Source of the DNA: the human T2T-CHM13v2.0 reference genome, Homo sapiens
Reading direction: 5' to 3' (one strand)
Assembly (NCBI RefSeq): GCF_009914755.1
Contig: NC_060934.1
Length of the DNA: 64,000 nucleotides
A model generated the notes under the pieces. The model did no database searches, was not told the DNA's origin, and saw nothing but the letters and a program-made list of their open reading frames with translations. Position 1 is the first letter of the stretch. The number at the start of each line of letters is the position of its first letter. Both the position numbers and the translations under genes were made by a program. Below, piece by piece: positions 42,745-57,557 of the stretch.

Positions 42745-45700
42745 TCAATTCCCACCTATGAGTAAGAACATGCAGTGTTTGGTTTTCTGTCCTTGTGTTA
42801 GTTTGCTCAGAATGATAGTTGCAAGCTTCATCCATGTCCCTACAAAGGTCACGAACTCATCCTTTTTTATGGCTGCATAGTATTCCATGGTGTATATGTG
42901 CCACATTTTCTTAATCCAGTCTATCATTGATGGACATTTGGGTTGGTTCCAAGTCTTTGCTATTGTGAATAGTGCCACAATAAACATATGTGTGCATGTG
43001 TCTTTATAGCAGCATGATTTATACTCCTTTGGGTATATACCCAGTAATGGGATGGCTGGGTCAAATGGTATTTCTAGTTCTAGATCCTTGAGGAATCACC
43101 ACACTGTCTTCCACAATGGTTGAACTAGTTTACAGTCCCACCACCAGTGTAAAAGTGTTCCTATTTCTCCACATCCTCTCCAGCACCTGTTGTTTCCTGA
43201 CTTTTTAATGATCGCCATTCTAACTGGTGTGAGATGGTATCTCACTGTGGTTTTGATTTGCATTTCTCTGATCATCAGTGATGATGAATATTTTTTCATG
43301 TGTCTGTTGGCTGCATAAATGTCTTCTTTTGAGAAATGTCTGTTCATATCCTTCGCCCACTTTTTGATGGGGCTGTTTGATTTTTTCTTGTAAATTTGTT
43401 TAAGTTCTTTGTAGATTCTGGATATTAGACCTTTGTCAGATGGGTAGATTGCAAAAATTTTCTCCCATTCTGTAGGTTGCCTGCTCACTCTGATGCTAGT
43501 TTCTTTTGCTGTGCAGAAGCTCTTTAGTTTAATTAGATCCCATTCATCTATTTTGGCTTTTGTTGCCACTGCTTTTGTTGTTTTAGTCATGAAGTCCTTG
43601 CCCGTGCCTATGTCCTGAATGGTATTGCCTAGGTTTTCTTCTAGAGTTTTTACGGTTTTAGGTCTAACATTTAAGTCTTTAATCCATCTTGACTTAATTT
43701 TTGTATAAGGTGTAAGGAAGGGATCCAGTTTCAGCTTTCTACATATAACTAGCCAGTTTTCCCAGCACCATTTATTAAATAGGGAATCATTTCCCCATTT
43801 CTTGTTTTTGTCAGAATTGTCAAAGATCAGATGGTTGTAGATGTGTGGTAGTATTTCTGAGGGCTCTGTTCTGTTCCATTGGTCTATATCTCTGTTTTGG
43901 TACCAGTACCATGCTGTTTGGTTACTGTAGCCTTGTAGCATAGTTTGAAGTCAGGTAGCATGATGCCTCCAGCTTTGTTCTTTTGGCTTAGGATTTTCAT
44001 GGCAATGTGGGCTCTTTTTTGATTCCATATGAGCTTTAAAGTATTTTTTTTCCAATTCTGTGAAGGAAGTCATTGGTATCTTGATGCAGATGGCATTGAA
44101 TCTATAAATTATCTTGGGCAGTATGACCATTTTCACAATATTGATTCTTCCTATCCATGAGCATGGAATGTTCTTCCATTTGTTTGTGTCCTCTTTTATT
44201 TCATTGAGCAGTGGTTTGTAGATCTCCTTGAAGAGGTCCTTCACATCCCTTGTAAGTTGGACTTCTAGGTATTTTATTCTCTTTGAAGCAATTGTGAATG
44301 GGAGTTCACTCATGATTTGGCTCTCTGTTTGTCTGTTATTGGCGTATAGGAATGCTTGTGATTTTTGCACATTGAATTTGTATCCTGAGACATTGCTGAA
44401 GTTGCCTATCAGCTTAAGGAGATTTTGGGTTGAGACGATGGGGTTTTCTAACTATACAATCATGTCATCTGCAAACAGGGACAATTTGACTTCCTCTTTT
44501 CCTAATTGAATACCCTTTATTTTCTTCTCCTGCCTGATTGCCCTGGCCAGAACTTCCAACACTATGTTGAATAGGAGTGGTGAGAGAAGGCATCCCTGTC
44601 TTGCGCCAGTTTTCAAAGGGAATGCTTCCAGTTGTTGCCCATTCAGTATGATATTGGCTGAGGGTTTGTCATAAATAGCTCTTATTATTTTGAGATATGG
44701 CCCATCAATACCTAGTTTATTGAGAGTTTTTAGCATGAAGTGCTGTTGAATTTTGTCAAAGGCCTTTTCTGCATCTATTGAGACAATCATGTAGTTTTTG
44801 CCATTGGTTCTGTTTGTGTGATGGATTACGTTTATTGATTTGCATATGTTGAACCAGCGTTTCATCCCAGGGATGAAGCCTACTTGATCATGGTGGATAA
44901 GCTTTTTGATGTGCCACTGGATTCAGTTTGCCAGTATTTTACTGAGGATTTTGGCATCAATGTTCATCAGGGATATTGGTCTAAAATTCTCTTTTTTTGT
45001 TGTGTCTCTGCCAGGCTTTGGTATCAGGATGATGCTGGCCTCATAAAATGAGTTAGGGAGGATTTCGTCTTTTTCCATTGATTGGAATAGTTTCAGAAGG
45101 AATGGAACTGGCTCCTCTTTGTGCCTCTGGGAGAATTTGGCTGTGAATCCTTCTGGTCCTGGACTTTTTTTGGTTGGTATGCTATTAATTATTGCCTCAA
45201 TTTCAGAGACTGTTATTGGTCTATTCAGGGATTCAACTTCTTCCTGGTTTAGTCTTGGGAGGGTGTATGTGTCCAGCAATTTATTCATTTCTTCTAGATT
45301 GTCTAGTTTATTTGTGTAGAGGTGTTTATAGTATTCTCTGATGGTAGTTTGTACTTCTGTGGGATAAGTGGTGAGATCCCCTTTATCATTTTTTATTGCA
45401 TCTATTTGATTATTCTCTCTTTTCTTCTTTATTAGTCTTTCTAGCGGTCTATCAATTTTGTTGATCTTTTCAAAAAACCAGCTCCTGGATTCATTGAATT
45501 TTTGAAGGGTTTTTTGTGTCTCTGTTTCCTTCAGTTCTGCTCTGATCTTAGTTATTCTTGCCTTCTGCTAGATTTTGAATGTGTTTGCTCTTGCTTCTCT
45601 AGTTCTTTTAATTGTGATGTTAGGGTGTCAATTTTAGATCTTTCCTGCTTTCTCTTGTGGGCATTTAGTGCTATAAATTTCCCTCTACACGCTGCTTTAA

Positions 45701-46572
45701 ATGTGTCCCAGAGATTCTGGTATGTTGTGTCTTTGTTCTCATTGGTTTCAAAGAACATCTTTATTTCTGCCTTCATTTTGTTATATACCCAGTAGTCATC
45801 CAGGAGCAGGTTGCTCAGTATCCATGTGGTTGAGTGGTTTTGAGTGAGTTTCTTAATCCTGAGTCCTAGTTTGATTGCACTGTGGTCTGAGAGACAGTTT
45901 GCTATAATTTCTGTTCTTTTACATTTGCTGAGGAGTGCTTTACTTCCAACTATGTTGTCAATTTTGGAATAAGTGCGACGTTGTGCTGAGAAGAATGTAT
46001 ATTCTATTGATTTGGGGTGGAGAGTTCTGTAGATGTCTATTAGGTCTGCTTGGTGCAGAGCTGAGTTCAAGTCCTGGATATCCTTGTTAACTTTCTGTCC
46101 CGTTGATGTGTCTAATGTTGACAGTGGGGTGTTAAAATCTCCCATTATTATTGTGTGGGAGTCTAAGTCTCTTTGTAGGTCTCTAAGGACTTGCTTTATG
46201 AGTCTGGGTGCTTCTGTATTGGGTGCATATATATTTAGGACAGTTATCTCTTCTTGTTGAATTGATCCCTTTACCATTATGTAATGGCCTTCTTTGTGTC
46301 TTTTTATCTTTGTTTGGTTTCAAGTCTGTTTTATCAGAGACTAGGATTGCAACCCCTGCCTTTTTTTGTTTTCCATTTGCTTGGCAGATCTTCCTCCATC
46401 CCTTTATTTTGAGCCTATGTGTGTCTCTGCACGTGAGATGGGTCTCCTGAATACAGCATGCTGATGAGTCTTGACTCTTTATCCAATTTGCCAGTCTGTG
46501 TCTTTTAATTGGAGCATTTAGCCCATTTGCATTTAAGGTTAATATTGTTATGTGTGAATTTGATCCTGTCAT
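42745..46572 (-). pseudogene. L1 ORF2p remnant (endonuclease / reverse transcriptase), multiple frameshifts and stops
   Basis: Track fragments MTGSNSHITILTLN..., [46 protein letters not shown] and ...LIGGN* lie in at least seven separate ORFs. Confidence 0.93.
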
Positions 46573-46635
46573 TATGATGTTAGCTGGTTATTTTGCTTGT
46601 TAGTTGATGCAGTTTCTTTCTAGCCTCGATGGTCT

Positions 46636-47655
46636 TTACAATTTAGCATGTTTTTGCAGTGGCTGGTACCGGTTGTTCCTTTCCATGTTTAGTACTTCCT
46701 TCAGGAGCTCTTGTAAGGCAGGCCTGGTGGTGACAAAATCTCTCAGCATTTGCTTGTCTGTAAAGGATTTTATACCTCCTTCACTTATGAAGCTTAGTTT
46801 GGCTGGATATCAAATTCTGGGTTGAATATTCTTTTCTTTAAGAATGTTGAATATTGGCCCTCTCTTCTGGCTTGTAGAGTTTCTGCCGAGAGATCTGCTG
46901 TTAGTCTGATGGGCTTCCCTCTGTGGGTAACCCGACCTTTCTCTCTGGTTGCCCTTAATTTTTTCCTTCATTTCAACTTTGGTGAATCTGACAATTATGT
47001 GTCTTGGAACTGTTCTTCTTGAGGAGTATCTTTGTGGTGTTCTCTGTATTTCCTGAATTTGAATGTTGGCCTGCCTTGCTAGGTTGGGGAAGTTCACCTG
47101 GATAATACCCTGAAGAGTGTTTTCCAGCTTGGTTCTATTCTCCCCGTCACTTTCAGGTACACCAATCAGATGTAGATTTGGTCTTTTCACATAGTCCCAT
47201 ATTTCTTGGAGGCTTTATTTGTTTCTTTTTACTCTTTTTTCTCTAAACTTCTCTTCTCACTTCATTTCATTCATTTGATCTTCAATCACTGATACCCTTT
47301 CTTCCACTTGATTGAACCAGCTGCTGAAGCTTGTGCATGTGCCATGTAGTTCTCGTGCCATGGTTTTCAGCTCCATCAGGTCATTTAAGGTCTTCTCTAT
47401 GCTGTTTATTCTAGTTAGCCATTCGTCAAATTTTTTTTCAAGGTTTTTAGCTTCTTTGCAATGGGTTCAAACATCCTCCTTTAGCTTGGAGAAGTTTGTT
47501 ATTACCGATCATCTGAAGCCTTCTTCTCTCAACTCGTCAAAGTCATTCCCCGTCCAGCTTTGTTCCATTGCTGGTGAGGCGCTGCGTTCCTTTGTAGGAG
47601 AAGAGATGCTCTGATTTTTAGAATTTTCAGCTTTTCTGCTGTGGTTTCTCCCCAT
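46636..47655 (-). pseudogene. L1 ORF1p remnant (disrupted)
   Basis: Starts ATGGGGAGAAACCAC (MGRNH...); track fragment KRPNLHLIGVPESDGEN...PRHIIVRFTKVEMKEKI then shifts out of frame. Confidence 0.88.
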
Positions 47656-48230
47656 CTTTGTGGTTTTATCTACCTTTGGTCTTTGATGATGGTGACGTAC
47701 AGATGGGGTTTTGGTGTGGATGTCCTTTCTGTTTGTTAGTTTTCCTTCTACCAGTCAGGATGCTAAGCTGCAGGTGTGTTGGAGTTTGCTGGAGGTCCAC
47801 TCCAGACCCAGTTTGCCTGGATATCACCAGAGGAGGCTGCAGAACAGCAAATATTGCAGAACGGCAAGTGCTGCTGCCTGATCCCTCCTCTGGAAGCTTT
47901 GTCTCAGAGGGGCAACCAGGCGTATGAGGTGTCAGTCAGCCCCTACTGGGAGGTGTCTCCCAGTTAGGCTACTCAGGGTTCAGAGACCCACTTGAGGAGG
48001 CAGTCTGTCCGTTCTCAGATCTCAAACTCCATGCTGGGAAAACCATTGCTCTCTTGAAAGCTATCAGACAGGGACGTTTAAGTCTGCAGAAGTTTCTGCT
48101 GCCTTTTGTTCAGCTATGCCCTGCCCCCAGAGGTGAAGTCTACAGAGGCAGGCAGGCTTCCTTGAGCTGCGGTGGGCTCCACCCAGTTTGAGCTTCCTGG
48201 CTGCTTTGTTTACCTACTCAAGCCTCAGCA

Positions 48231-48557
48231 ATGGCAGACGCCCCTCCCACAGCCTTGCTGCCACCTTGCAGTTCAATCTCAGACTGCTGTGCCAGCAGTG
48301 AGTGAGGCTCTGTGGGAGTGGGACCCTCCGAGCCAGGTGTGGGATATAATCTCCTGGTGCGCCATTTGCTAAGACCATTGGAAAAGCACAGTATTAGGGT
48401 GGGAGTGTCCCAATTTTCCAGTTACCATCTGTCACATCTTCCCTTGGCTAGGAAAGGGAATTCCCCGACCCCTTGTGCTTCCTGGGTGAGGCAATGCCCC
48501 TCCCTGCTTCAGCTAACACTCCATGGGCTGTACCCACTGTCCAACAAGCCCCAGTGA
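48231..48557 (+). pseudogene. L1 antisense ORF0 homologue with premature stop
   Basis: ATG at 48231 reads MADAPPTALLPPCSSISDCCASSE* (TGA 48303-48305), then in the same frame VGVGPSEPGVGYNLLVRHLLRPLEKHSIRVGV, matching primate ORF0 as I recall it. Confidence 0.75.
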
Positions 48558-48678
48558 GATGAACCCAGTACCTCAGTTGGAAATGCAGAAATCACCCATC
48601 TTCTGTATCGCTCATGCTGGGAGCTGTGGACTGGAGCTGTTTCTATTTGGCCATCTTGGAACCTCCTCCCTTTTTTAG

Positions 48679-48956
<278 letters not shown>

Positions 48957-49364
48957 AACTCCCCTCTTTATTTGATAAAGGATAGCAGGTGGAAGGCCAA
49001 ACTGGCTTCATTTCCATGTGAACTGAAGCTGCATCAGGTTCCAAGATCCAGACAATGTCCTGGAGCTTGGCTCTGGTAAAAAATGTCTATCATATGCTAT
49101 CTCTGTTCATGATCTCAAAAACTTGCTGTGAACTTAGCTTATTTTCTCTTCTAAGCAATGTTGAGAAAAGTGATTGAGATGTGGACATCCTTATTTTGTT
49201 CTATTGCTAAAATGAAACTTGAATAGAGTGCTCATATCTTAATTTTAACAGAAAACTACTCTTTCCATTTTACCAAACATGGGATTTATCAGCAAGAAAT
49301 TCTTCAACCTTTCATTCATTTCTATAAATGTGATTCTATCTTTTTTTAAGTTAGACTAAATCAA

Positions 49365-50055
<691 letters not shown>

Positions 50056-50719
50056 TAAATGTGATTATATCTTAATTCAACTTCATCCTGGCTGAGAAGA
50101 AGAGCTCTTTTTTCTTTTTTTCCAAACCTAATCTTTCTACCCGTTCTAACATCACATTCTCTCATTTGCTTGACTTTATTCCATCAGTTGTAGTCTTAAT
50201 TTTTCACAGGTTCATTCTCTTCTGGTCGCTTTTTTTTCTTTACCTAAACATTTCTCAATTACTGCCACTTTAGGCAGTATATAAATAAAAATGTTAACAA
50301 ACAAAAATGCTTTTGGTGACTCTGTCTGCTCTGACCCTCAAGTATCTCTTTCTTTCTTTCTCTCTCTTTTATTCCTTTCAACTTCAAACTTTTGGAAAAT
50401 TGAGTCTGTGCCACCATATTTTATCTGTCATTGCATACTCAGTACTCAACTGATCATGATACAATTTTTGCCTTCACCATAATACTGATACTGCTTTTAA
50501 AAAGATATAAAAACACCTTCTAAATGCAAAACCCAATGTGTACTTTTAAGGCTAAGCCAACCTGCATAATTTTGCCGGTTGCATCCTTTATAGTCGTTGG
50601 CCACTGCACCATAAATCATGTAAAAATATTCAAGGACTTTATAGTCTAGAGGGGAATATGTGCAAAAATATGACTATGATATGTGTACTGCTGTGATTTT
50701 GGTAATCATAGAGGGAATA

Positions 50720-51215
50720 TGATAGAAACTGTTAGCTGCCACCCAATATCCATTCTCTTTTTCATAGAAACAGAACTCTGATTACACTGGGGAAAGCAAT
50801 GTGCAGGATTAACACACAAACAAACATACAAAATTTATATTTTGTAGCATACCTTGCAGTGAAATATAACAGTATGACTAAGCTCTAGCGAATAGTTTGT
50901 AAAAAAAAAAAATTAGTATTTGAAAGGGACCTTCTGGAAGGTCCCTTTCAAAGTGTAAGGAATGTTTGCTTCAGTTTCTCTTTATTCTTACTGCCTGGAA
51001 TATACAAGTCATTGTTAGAGCCGTATAAGCCATATTTTTGACCTTGATAATAACGAGAGCCGGAAGCCAAGAAAAGTGAAGCTGAAAGACAAAAGTGCCT
51101 GATTCCCTGGTGACTTTGTGAAGCTGTCGTAACAGTTCTAGACCGCCCATTCGCAGACTCACTTTATGGAGATGGTAAACTCCCAGTTTGTTTTAACTGC
51201 CACAGTCAAGTCTCA
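50720..51215 (+). mobile_element. Old ERVL-class LTR (LTR33-like)
   Basis: tgatagaaactgttagctgccacccaatatccattctc...gtgcctgattccctggtgactttgtgaagctg; degenerate. Confidence 0.5.
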
Positions 51216-51701
51216 GAATCTATAAAGGTACATTGGAATCACTTTGTGAAAAAAGTTGTTTCTGGATCACTGTCTCAGCTATTTTTAAAAAAATGGCATC
51301 CAACATATTTTCACTGGATGGTCCCATATACTTCTCTTTCATACCTCTTTCCTAAGTTCCAGAACCAAAGACCCAACTTCTCCTAAACCTTTCTCCTTGG
51401 ATGCCCCTTGGTCACTTAAATTCAACAAGCAAAACCTGAATGAGTTTCCATACTCACCGTAACATGGTCTTCCTTCTATATACACTGTTTAGTTAACGAT
51501 GCCATTGTTGACTAAGTAAACTATTTAACCTCAAAACCTTTAGGAAATTCTTAATTCTTTCTTCTTTTTCACCCTTAACACCCAATGGATAATTGCTTCT
51601 AAACATATTTTCCTCAGAATTGTTCCTTGTATAGATACACTCCTTTCCATTCTCATCAATATTGCCCTAAGTAAGTTCTCACTGTTTCTCTCTTAGACTA
51701 A

Positions 51702-52157
51702 TTTTTTTTTTATTATACTTTAAGTTCTGGGTTACATGTGCAGAACATGCAGTTTTGTTACATAGATATACACGTGCCCTGGTGGTTTGCTGCACCCATC
51801 AACCCATCACCTACATTAGGTATTCCTCCTAATGTGATCCCTCCCCTAGCCCCCCACCCCCCGACAGGCCCCAGTGAGTGATGTTCCCCTCCCTGTGTCC
51901 ATGTGTTCTCATTGTTCAACTCCCACTTACGAGTGAGAACATGTGGTGTTCGGTTTTCTGTTCTTGTGTTAGTTTGCTGAGAATGATGGTTTCCAGCTTC
52001 ATCCATGTCCCAGCAAAGGACATTAACTCATCCTTTTATGTGGCTGCATAGTATTCCATGGTGTATATGTGCCACATTTTCTTAATCCAGTCTATCATTG
52101 ATGGACATTTGGGTTGGTTCCAAGTCTTTGCTATTGTGACTAGTGCTGCAATAAACA
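51702..52157 (-). mobile_element. L1PA 3' end (L1PA7/8-like), ~455 bp
   Basis: 3'UTR variant ctaatgtaggtgatgggttgatggg; 16-bp TSD tcttagactaattttt at 51691 and 52158. Confidence 0.93.
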
Positions 52158-54532
52158 TCTTAGACTAATTTTTAAAAGTCATTCCTAAATAGGTCTCAAT
52201 CCTTTAGTCCCTTATCTTTCTAATCTATCACTGCTGTGTCTAAAAAATGTTAACTTTGAAATACATAGATTTACTATTGCCATCTCAAACTAAGAAATTG
52301 TTCATTACTCTCAATTGCCTACAGGGTAAAATTAAATTATAAATGATCCTTTCAAAACATTCCCAGTTTCCTTTACAAGCTTTTGCTCTACTTGCCCACC
52401 CACCCTTATTCCACAAAACACACACCAAAAGTACCAAGGAAAGTTGATTTCAGTCAAATCAGACTGCCCACCATGTCCATAACATTCCATGTCTTCCCTA
52501 TCTCTGTTTTATTTCAGTTGTCCCCTCTATCTCAAATCCTTTCCCTCTCCTCCTCCTACAAGTACACATTTGTTTTCTACTTATTAACCAAGGCCCAAAA
52601 CAGGTTTGCGCCACTTATGAAGCTTTCTCTTGCCTGCTCTGCACATCAAATAAATTATTTCCTCACTTGCTATACATGTACATTTTTACATGCCAATGTT
52701 GTATGGTTTATTACAGTGTTCTGGAATCTTTTTTGTATATTCAGGTACATTTTATGTTTCTTAATTTTTTATGCATTTCAATATCTTAAGGAAATTATCA
52801 TATAATCATCTTTACATCCCTCAGATGTACTACTATGCCTTGCACAGTGAGGGGCTCAATTCATAGTAATGGATTTGAATGAACTACATATATTTTGTCT
52901 CTATACAGGTAAAACATGCAACTTCAAGATGAGTGCTTGCAATATAGATGTAAGAATGATTGTGGAATAATTTTAATTAAATGGTGTATTATAAGAATAT
53001 CTCTCAGGTTATTTTATTTTATTAATTCATCTTCTTTATCCTAAACCTTCACACCTCAGACCCAGAACAGAACATACTGCCCATTCACTTTAGAAATGCA
53101 TTCCGTTCACACCTACTTATTTTTAACCCACTATATTTGGTAAGGCAATGTTTCATGAACCTAATCTTGGGATGCCAGCTTTATTTAGTAAACTTTGAAT
53201 AGTCTGTAGTTTTGAATACCCAATTTCTGTAATTTTTAGTGTCTCTCTGCTTTGGAATCATGCTTGCCATTTTTCAAGAGATCTTATAGAAAAATGATAG
53301 ATTAGATCTTCTGAATTTAAAGAATAGGAACAAGACAAGAACTCAGGGTCACTGAGAGATTAAAGTAAGTGTGCTTTGGCACACGTAAATGTAATGTATT
53401 TAGAAAGCTTTCTAGGATCTACCTGCAAACAGATGGCAGTAAGATATGCAAAAGGGGGCATGCTCTCCTTTTTCAGATTTATTTTTTTTCTAATGGGGAA
53501 TAGTGAGTGAGATGATGACAGATAGTTTTGGATTTGCAATGCTCTTCCTCATTTTATATAATGACTCAGCTTTTAAATTGTAAATCATGGATTCTAAATA
53601 GCTCCTGCCTAATTTATCTGTAATATATGTAAAGTTCATGAATTTGAATCATTATACCAAACAGGAATGAATTTCTATATATAGAAAGGAAATTGTATTT
53701 TGGAAGGATAATTAACACCAATATATTTTAACAGCTATGCAGAGGCTGAACTTCTACCACAGATTTTTTGAAAGCTTAGCGTCATACAACATGAAACTGT
53801 ATATTTGAAAAATAAAATTTATATGAAATTTAGACCTTACAAAGCACGATTAGTGTGTGAAAATGACAAAAGTAAATGGAAGAGTTTATCCTCCAAATAA
53901 ACATACTTTTTTACATATTTAAGGCAGTATAATGTTAAATGAGAAAATGAAGACTGGATGTTTAATAAGCCAAAAGGAATATACAGTAGTTAAAAATATG
54001 TATACATATTAATACATATGCATCTATACACACATACATGCTGTGTGTATCTATATAAATGTATATATACATACATGTATGCATATGTGTCTATACACAC
54101 GCATGTTCCTATTTGCATGGCTTGTGACTAAACAAAATGCATTTTTCTCTGAAAAGTGACAGGGCACTAGTAATGCACTCACTGTGTTTATGTGGGATTT
54201 TTGATAAAATTTGAATATCAAAGACACTATTTTTCCCCCTCTAACAACCACTGGAATAAAAAGCTAGAATGCAATACCATCTTATAATTTCCAAATTATT
54301 CACTTTCGACTTGTGTTTTTCACTTTCATCACAAATTCAGTGTTGTCTCTCTGAACAGAGGAATCATAGACCTTTGAAGGTAAACTCAACTCTGACATTT
54401 ACTAGTATGACATTGGGAAAGCTATATAAGAAAACAGAACAAATAAATAAGTGATCCATCTGGCATGTTATTGTGAAGATTAACATAAAATATAGGCAAG
54501 ACATAGACAGTCACTATTTGTTTCCTCCCCTC

Positions 54533-54535
<3 letters not shown>

Positions 54536-54564
<29 letters not shown>

Positions 54565-54836
54565 GAGATGGAGTCTTGCATTGTCGCCCAGGCTGGAGTG
54601 CAGTGGCACGATCTCGGCTAACTGAAACTTCCACCTCCTGGGTTCAAGTAATTCTTGTGCCTCAGACTACTGAGTAGCTGAGATTACAGGCATGCGCCAC
54701 CACACCCAGCTAATTTTTGTATTTTTAGTAGAGACAGGGTTTCACCATGTTGGCCAGGTTGGTCTTGAACTCCTGACCTCAAGTGATCTGGACACCAAAG
54801 CGCTGGGATTATAGGTCTGAAACACCGCAACTGGCT
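54536..54836 (-). mobile_element. AluS (Sx/Sz-like), T29 tail, small left-arm deletion
   Basis: Reverse dimer; imperfect TSD cct(c/g)ccc(t/a)ctacttt. Confidence 0.92.
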
Positions 54837-55753
54837 CCTGCCCACTACTTTTGATGGTGATCCTTTGTTTGTGTTTTTGTAATTACATCCTCTTTCAGAA
54901 CATTAACTCATTGAGGGACTGTCGAATGCCAGGATAGAGAGGCCCTATATGTTACAGACATATAAATATACTAGTGTAATTAAAAAAAATTTTCTCAGAA
55001 ATATAAATTCCCAGAATATTTATATTGTTTCATTTAAACTTAAATTTATAATCTTAGTCCATGTCCTTCTCAAAGTCACTGATAACTGAATCCAATATAG
55101 ATATCAAATATTATTTTATTACCATTTCTTCTCCAGAGAAATGATCTACTGCTATTAAAAGATGAGTAGAAAAGGTATACATTAGTTCTACCATGGTAAT
55201 TTATAGCAGCTTAAAACTCAGGGCCACCAAAGAATTTATGAAAATTCCTCTAAATCTATTAAGTTTTATCATACTCCATTTCTGAAAATATATATGGAAA
55301 TGAAAAATCTCAAGACATGAACATCTATGTTATAAAAAGAAATAGGGGGAAAATGAATATCAATTAATAGCAGCGAAGCAATCATTTTATTAATTTGCAA
55401 TTCCACATGCATTTATTTTAGAAAAATTATAGGATTCATTCCGGAGTTCCATCTGTACACATTCTGAAGTCATGCTCTAAATTAACATGCATTTCTTATC
55501 CAATTGGCTTATAAAACTTGATTTACTCTTTAATCTCTGAAGTAAATAAAAACAACATTTTTAACCTTTCTTTAAGAAATCTGCTAGTTTAAGATTTCTT
55601 GCTAGTTTAAATACATGTACTTTTAATAAAAACTCCAATTTAGTTTTTCTAAACTAATTTTACCTAAAAGATTTGGTCATGTAAACAAGGGTGTAGTTAC
55701 TCTGTTTCAAGCATCTTCCACCTGTGATCATGTAAGTGCTAGGCAGTACTCAC

Positions 55754-55888
55754 AGCTGACATGATGAGCTCTCCTCCCAGGTTCTGGATCTCAGCTTTAA
55801 CTTGACTGCAGATTTTCAGTTGGTGGGAGTAGAACTTAATCTGTTCCAGGTAGGCCAACAAGTCCTGTTTACAAGATGGATCTGGGCA
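55754..55888 (-). CDS. CTNNA3: Alpha-T-catenin penultimate coding exon (135 nt, 45 aa, phase 0-0)
   Basis: Manual translation gives CPDPSCKQDLLAYLEQIKFYSHQLKICSQVKAEIQNLGGELIMSA, a typical alpha-catenin actin-binding-domain sequence. Acceptor catatttag|TGC (AG at 55889-55890); donor GCT|gtgagta (GT at 55752-55753). It joins in frame to LDSVTS of the last exon. Confidence 0.96.
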
Positions 55889-55934
55889 CTAAATATGAAT
55901 CAAAGATAAAAATAGATACAGCAGAATAAATAAT

Positions 55935-55953
55935 AGTTAGATCAAGGTGAGTA
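55935..55953 (-). promoter_or_regulatory. Candidate branch points for the penultimate exon
   Basis: Minus strand TACTCAC (55947-55953) and TCTAAC (55937-55942) lie ~50-60 nt upstream of the acceptor and match yUnAy. Confidence 0.4.
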
Positions 55954-55985
55954 AATACAGTATTCACATGGCAGGTACCTTATAA

Positions 55986-56397
<412 letters not shown>

Positions 56398-57250
56398 AAG
56401 AAACGTTAAAATAATTTTTAGACATAAAAAGGTATATAAAATAGCTGCCTTTAATTTATGACAAAGGTTAGAAGCCTTCAGATTATATTTTTGGTAAATC
56501 TATAGAAATATTTAAAATGTAATTATTTCTTTCACCTAGAATTACTATTAGAAGGCTCCTAGAATTACTATTAGAATGCTGCTTGAGACTCATGGTCTCT
56601 ACACTGTCTGTCCTGTGCTACTCAAATGGGCATAAACAACATGGAGCAACATAATATGTTCTACTACTTTCAGCATTCAATGTACTTAGCTGTTACAGAC
56701 AAAGGAAATTATTTCTACCTTAGATAACAGCTGTGAATACAACTGAAGCCAAGAAACAGACAGGACACATGTTTTAGAATATTAAATTTCCTTATGAAAA
56801 CCAGCCTCCTACATCATTTTATCTTTTCGAAGGAACTTCCTGGAGGACAGCTTTGAGCTTTATCATACCATGGTAAATAGCTTTGGTTAAGATTTAATCT
56901 TTGTGTTCTTTCTCCTATGCAATTATAATAAATTTATAAAAATTCCTTCTAATTTAATTCCACTTTTAGTAAATTTTTATAAGAACAAGGAAATGTGGAC
57001 AGTGATTTATATGCAAAGATCTTCATTGTAGCATTATGTATAATAACAAAATTTGGAAATAACCTAAATGTCCCAAAATAATGGAAAGACTAAATAAGAA
57101 TGAATATCAATATAATGTAGCATTACTCAGTATCAAGAAAATAGAGTTTCAAAGGATGTGGAAAAATGTTTTTGGAAGTTAAAAAAATCAATATGTAAAT
57201 ATTGCAATCAAATTCTATTAAAAATTGTGTGTATTTAAAACATGCTGAAT

Positions 57251-57557
57251 GCCAGACGCAGTGGCTCATGCCTATAATCCCAGCAATTTGGGAAGCTGAA
57301 ACAGGAAAATCCTTTGAGCCTAGGAATTTGAGACCAGCCTGGGGAACATAGGGAGACACTATCTCTACAAAAAATAAAAATAAATTAGCCAGGTGTGGTC
57401 CCAGCTATTCAGGAGGCTGAGGTGGGAGGATTGCCTGAGCCCGAGAAGTTAATGCTGCAGTGAGCCATGATTGCAACACTGCACTCCAGCCTGGTCAACA
57501 GAGTGGGACCTTGTGTCAAAAAATAAATAAATAAAAATAAAAAATAAAATAATAAAA
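57251..57557 (+). mobile_element. AluJ (Jo-like)
   Basis: ttgagcctaggaatttgagaccagcctgggg...gaggctgaggtgggaggattgcctgagccc; TSD taaaac(a/c)tgctga. Confidence 0.9.

Larger units (their letters stand above)
42534..48670 (-). mobile_element. Full-length (~6.1 kb) LINE-1, L1PA5/6-like, non-coding-competent
   Basis: 5'UTR start ggaggaggttccaagatggcc (YY1-type motif), ORF1, ORF2 fragments (EN, RT, C-terminal), 3'UTR and poly(A); 14-bp TSD ttttttagtgtttt at 42520-42533 and 48671-48684. Confidence 0.96.

Noticed and set aside
43096-46572. L1 ORF2 fragments as an active retrotransposon
   Set aside because: ORF1 and ORF2 are both broken by several frameshifts and stops, so the element is not autonomous.
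52383-52805. 140-aa hydrophobic ORF
   Set aside because: Non-ATG start in T-rich, probably L2-derived sequence; composition explains the lack of stops.
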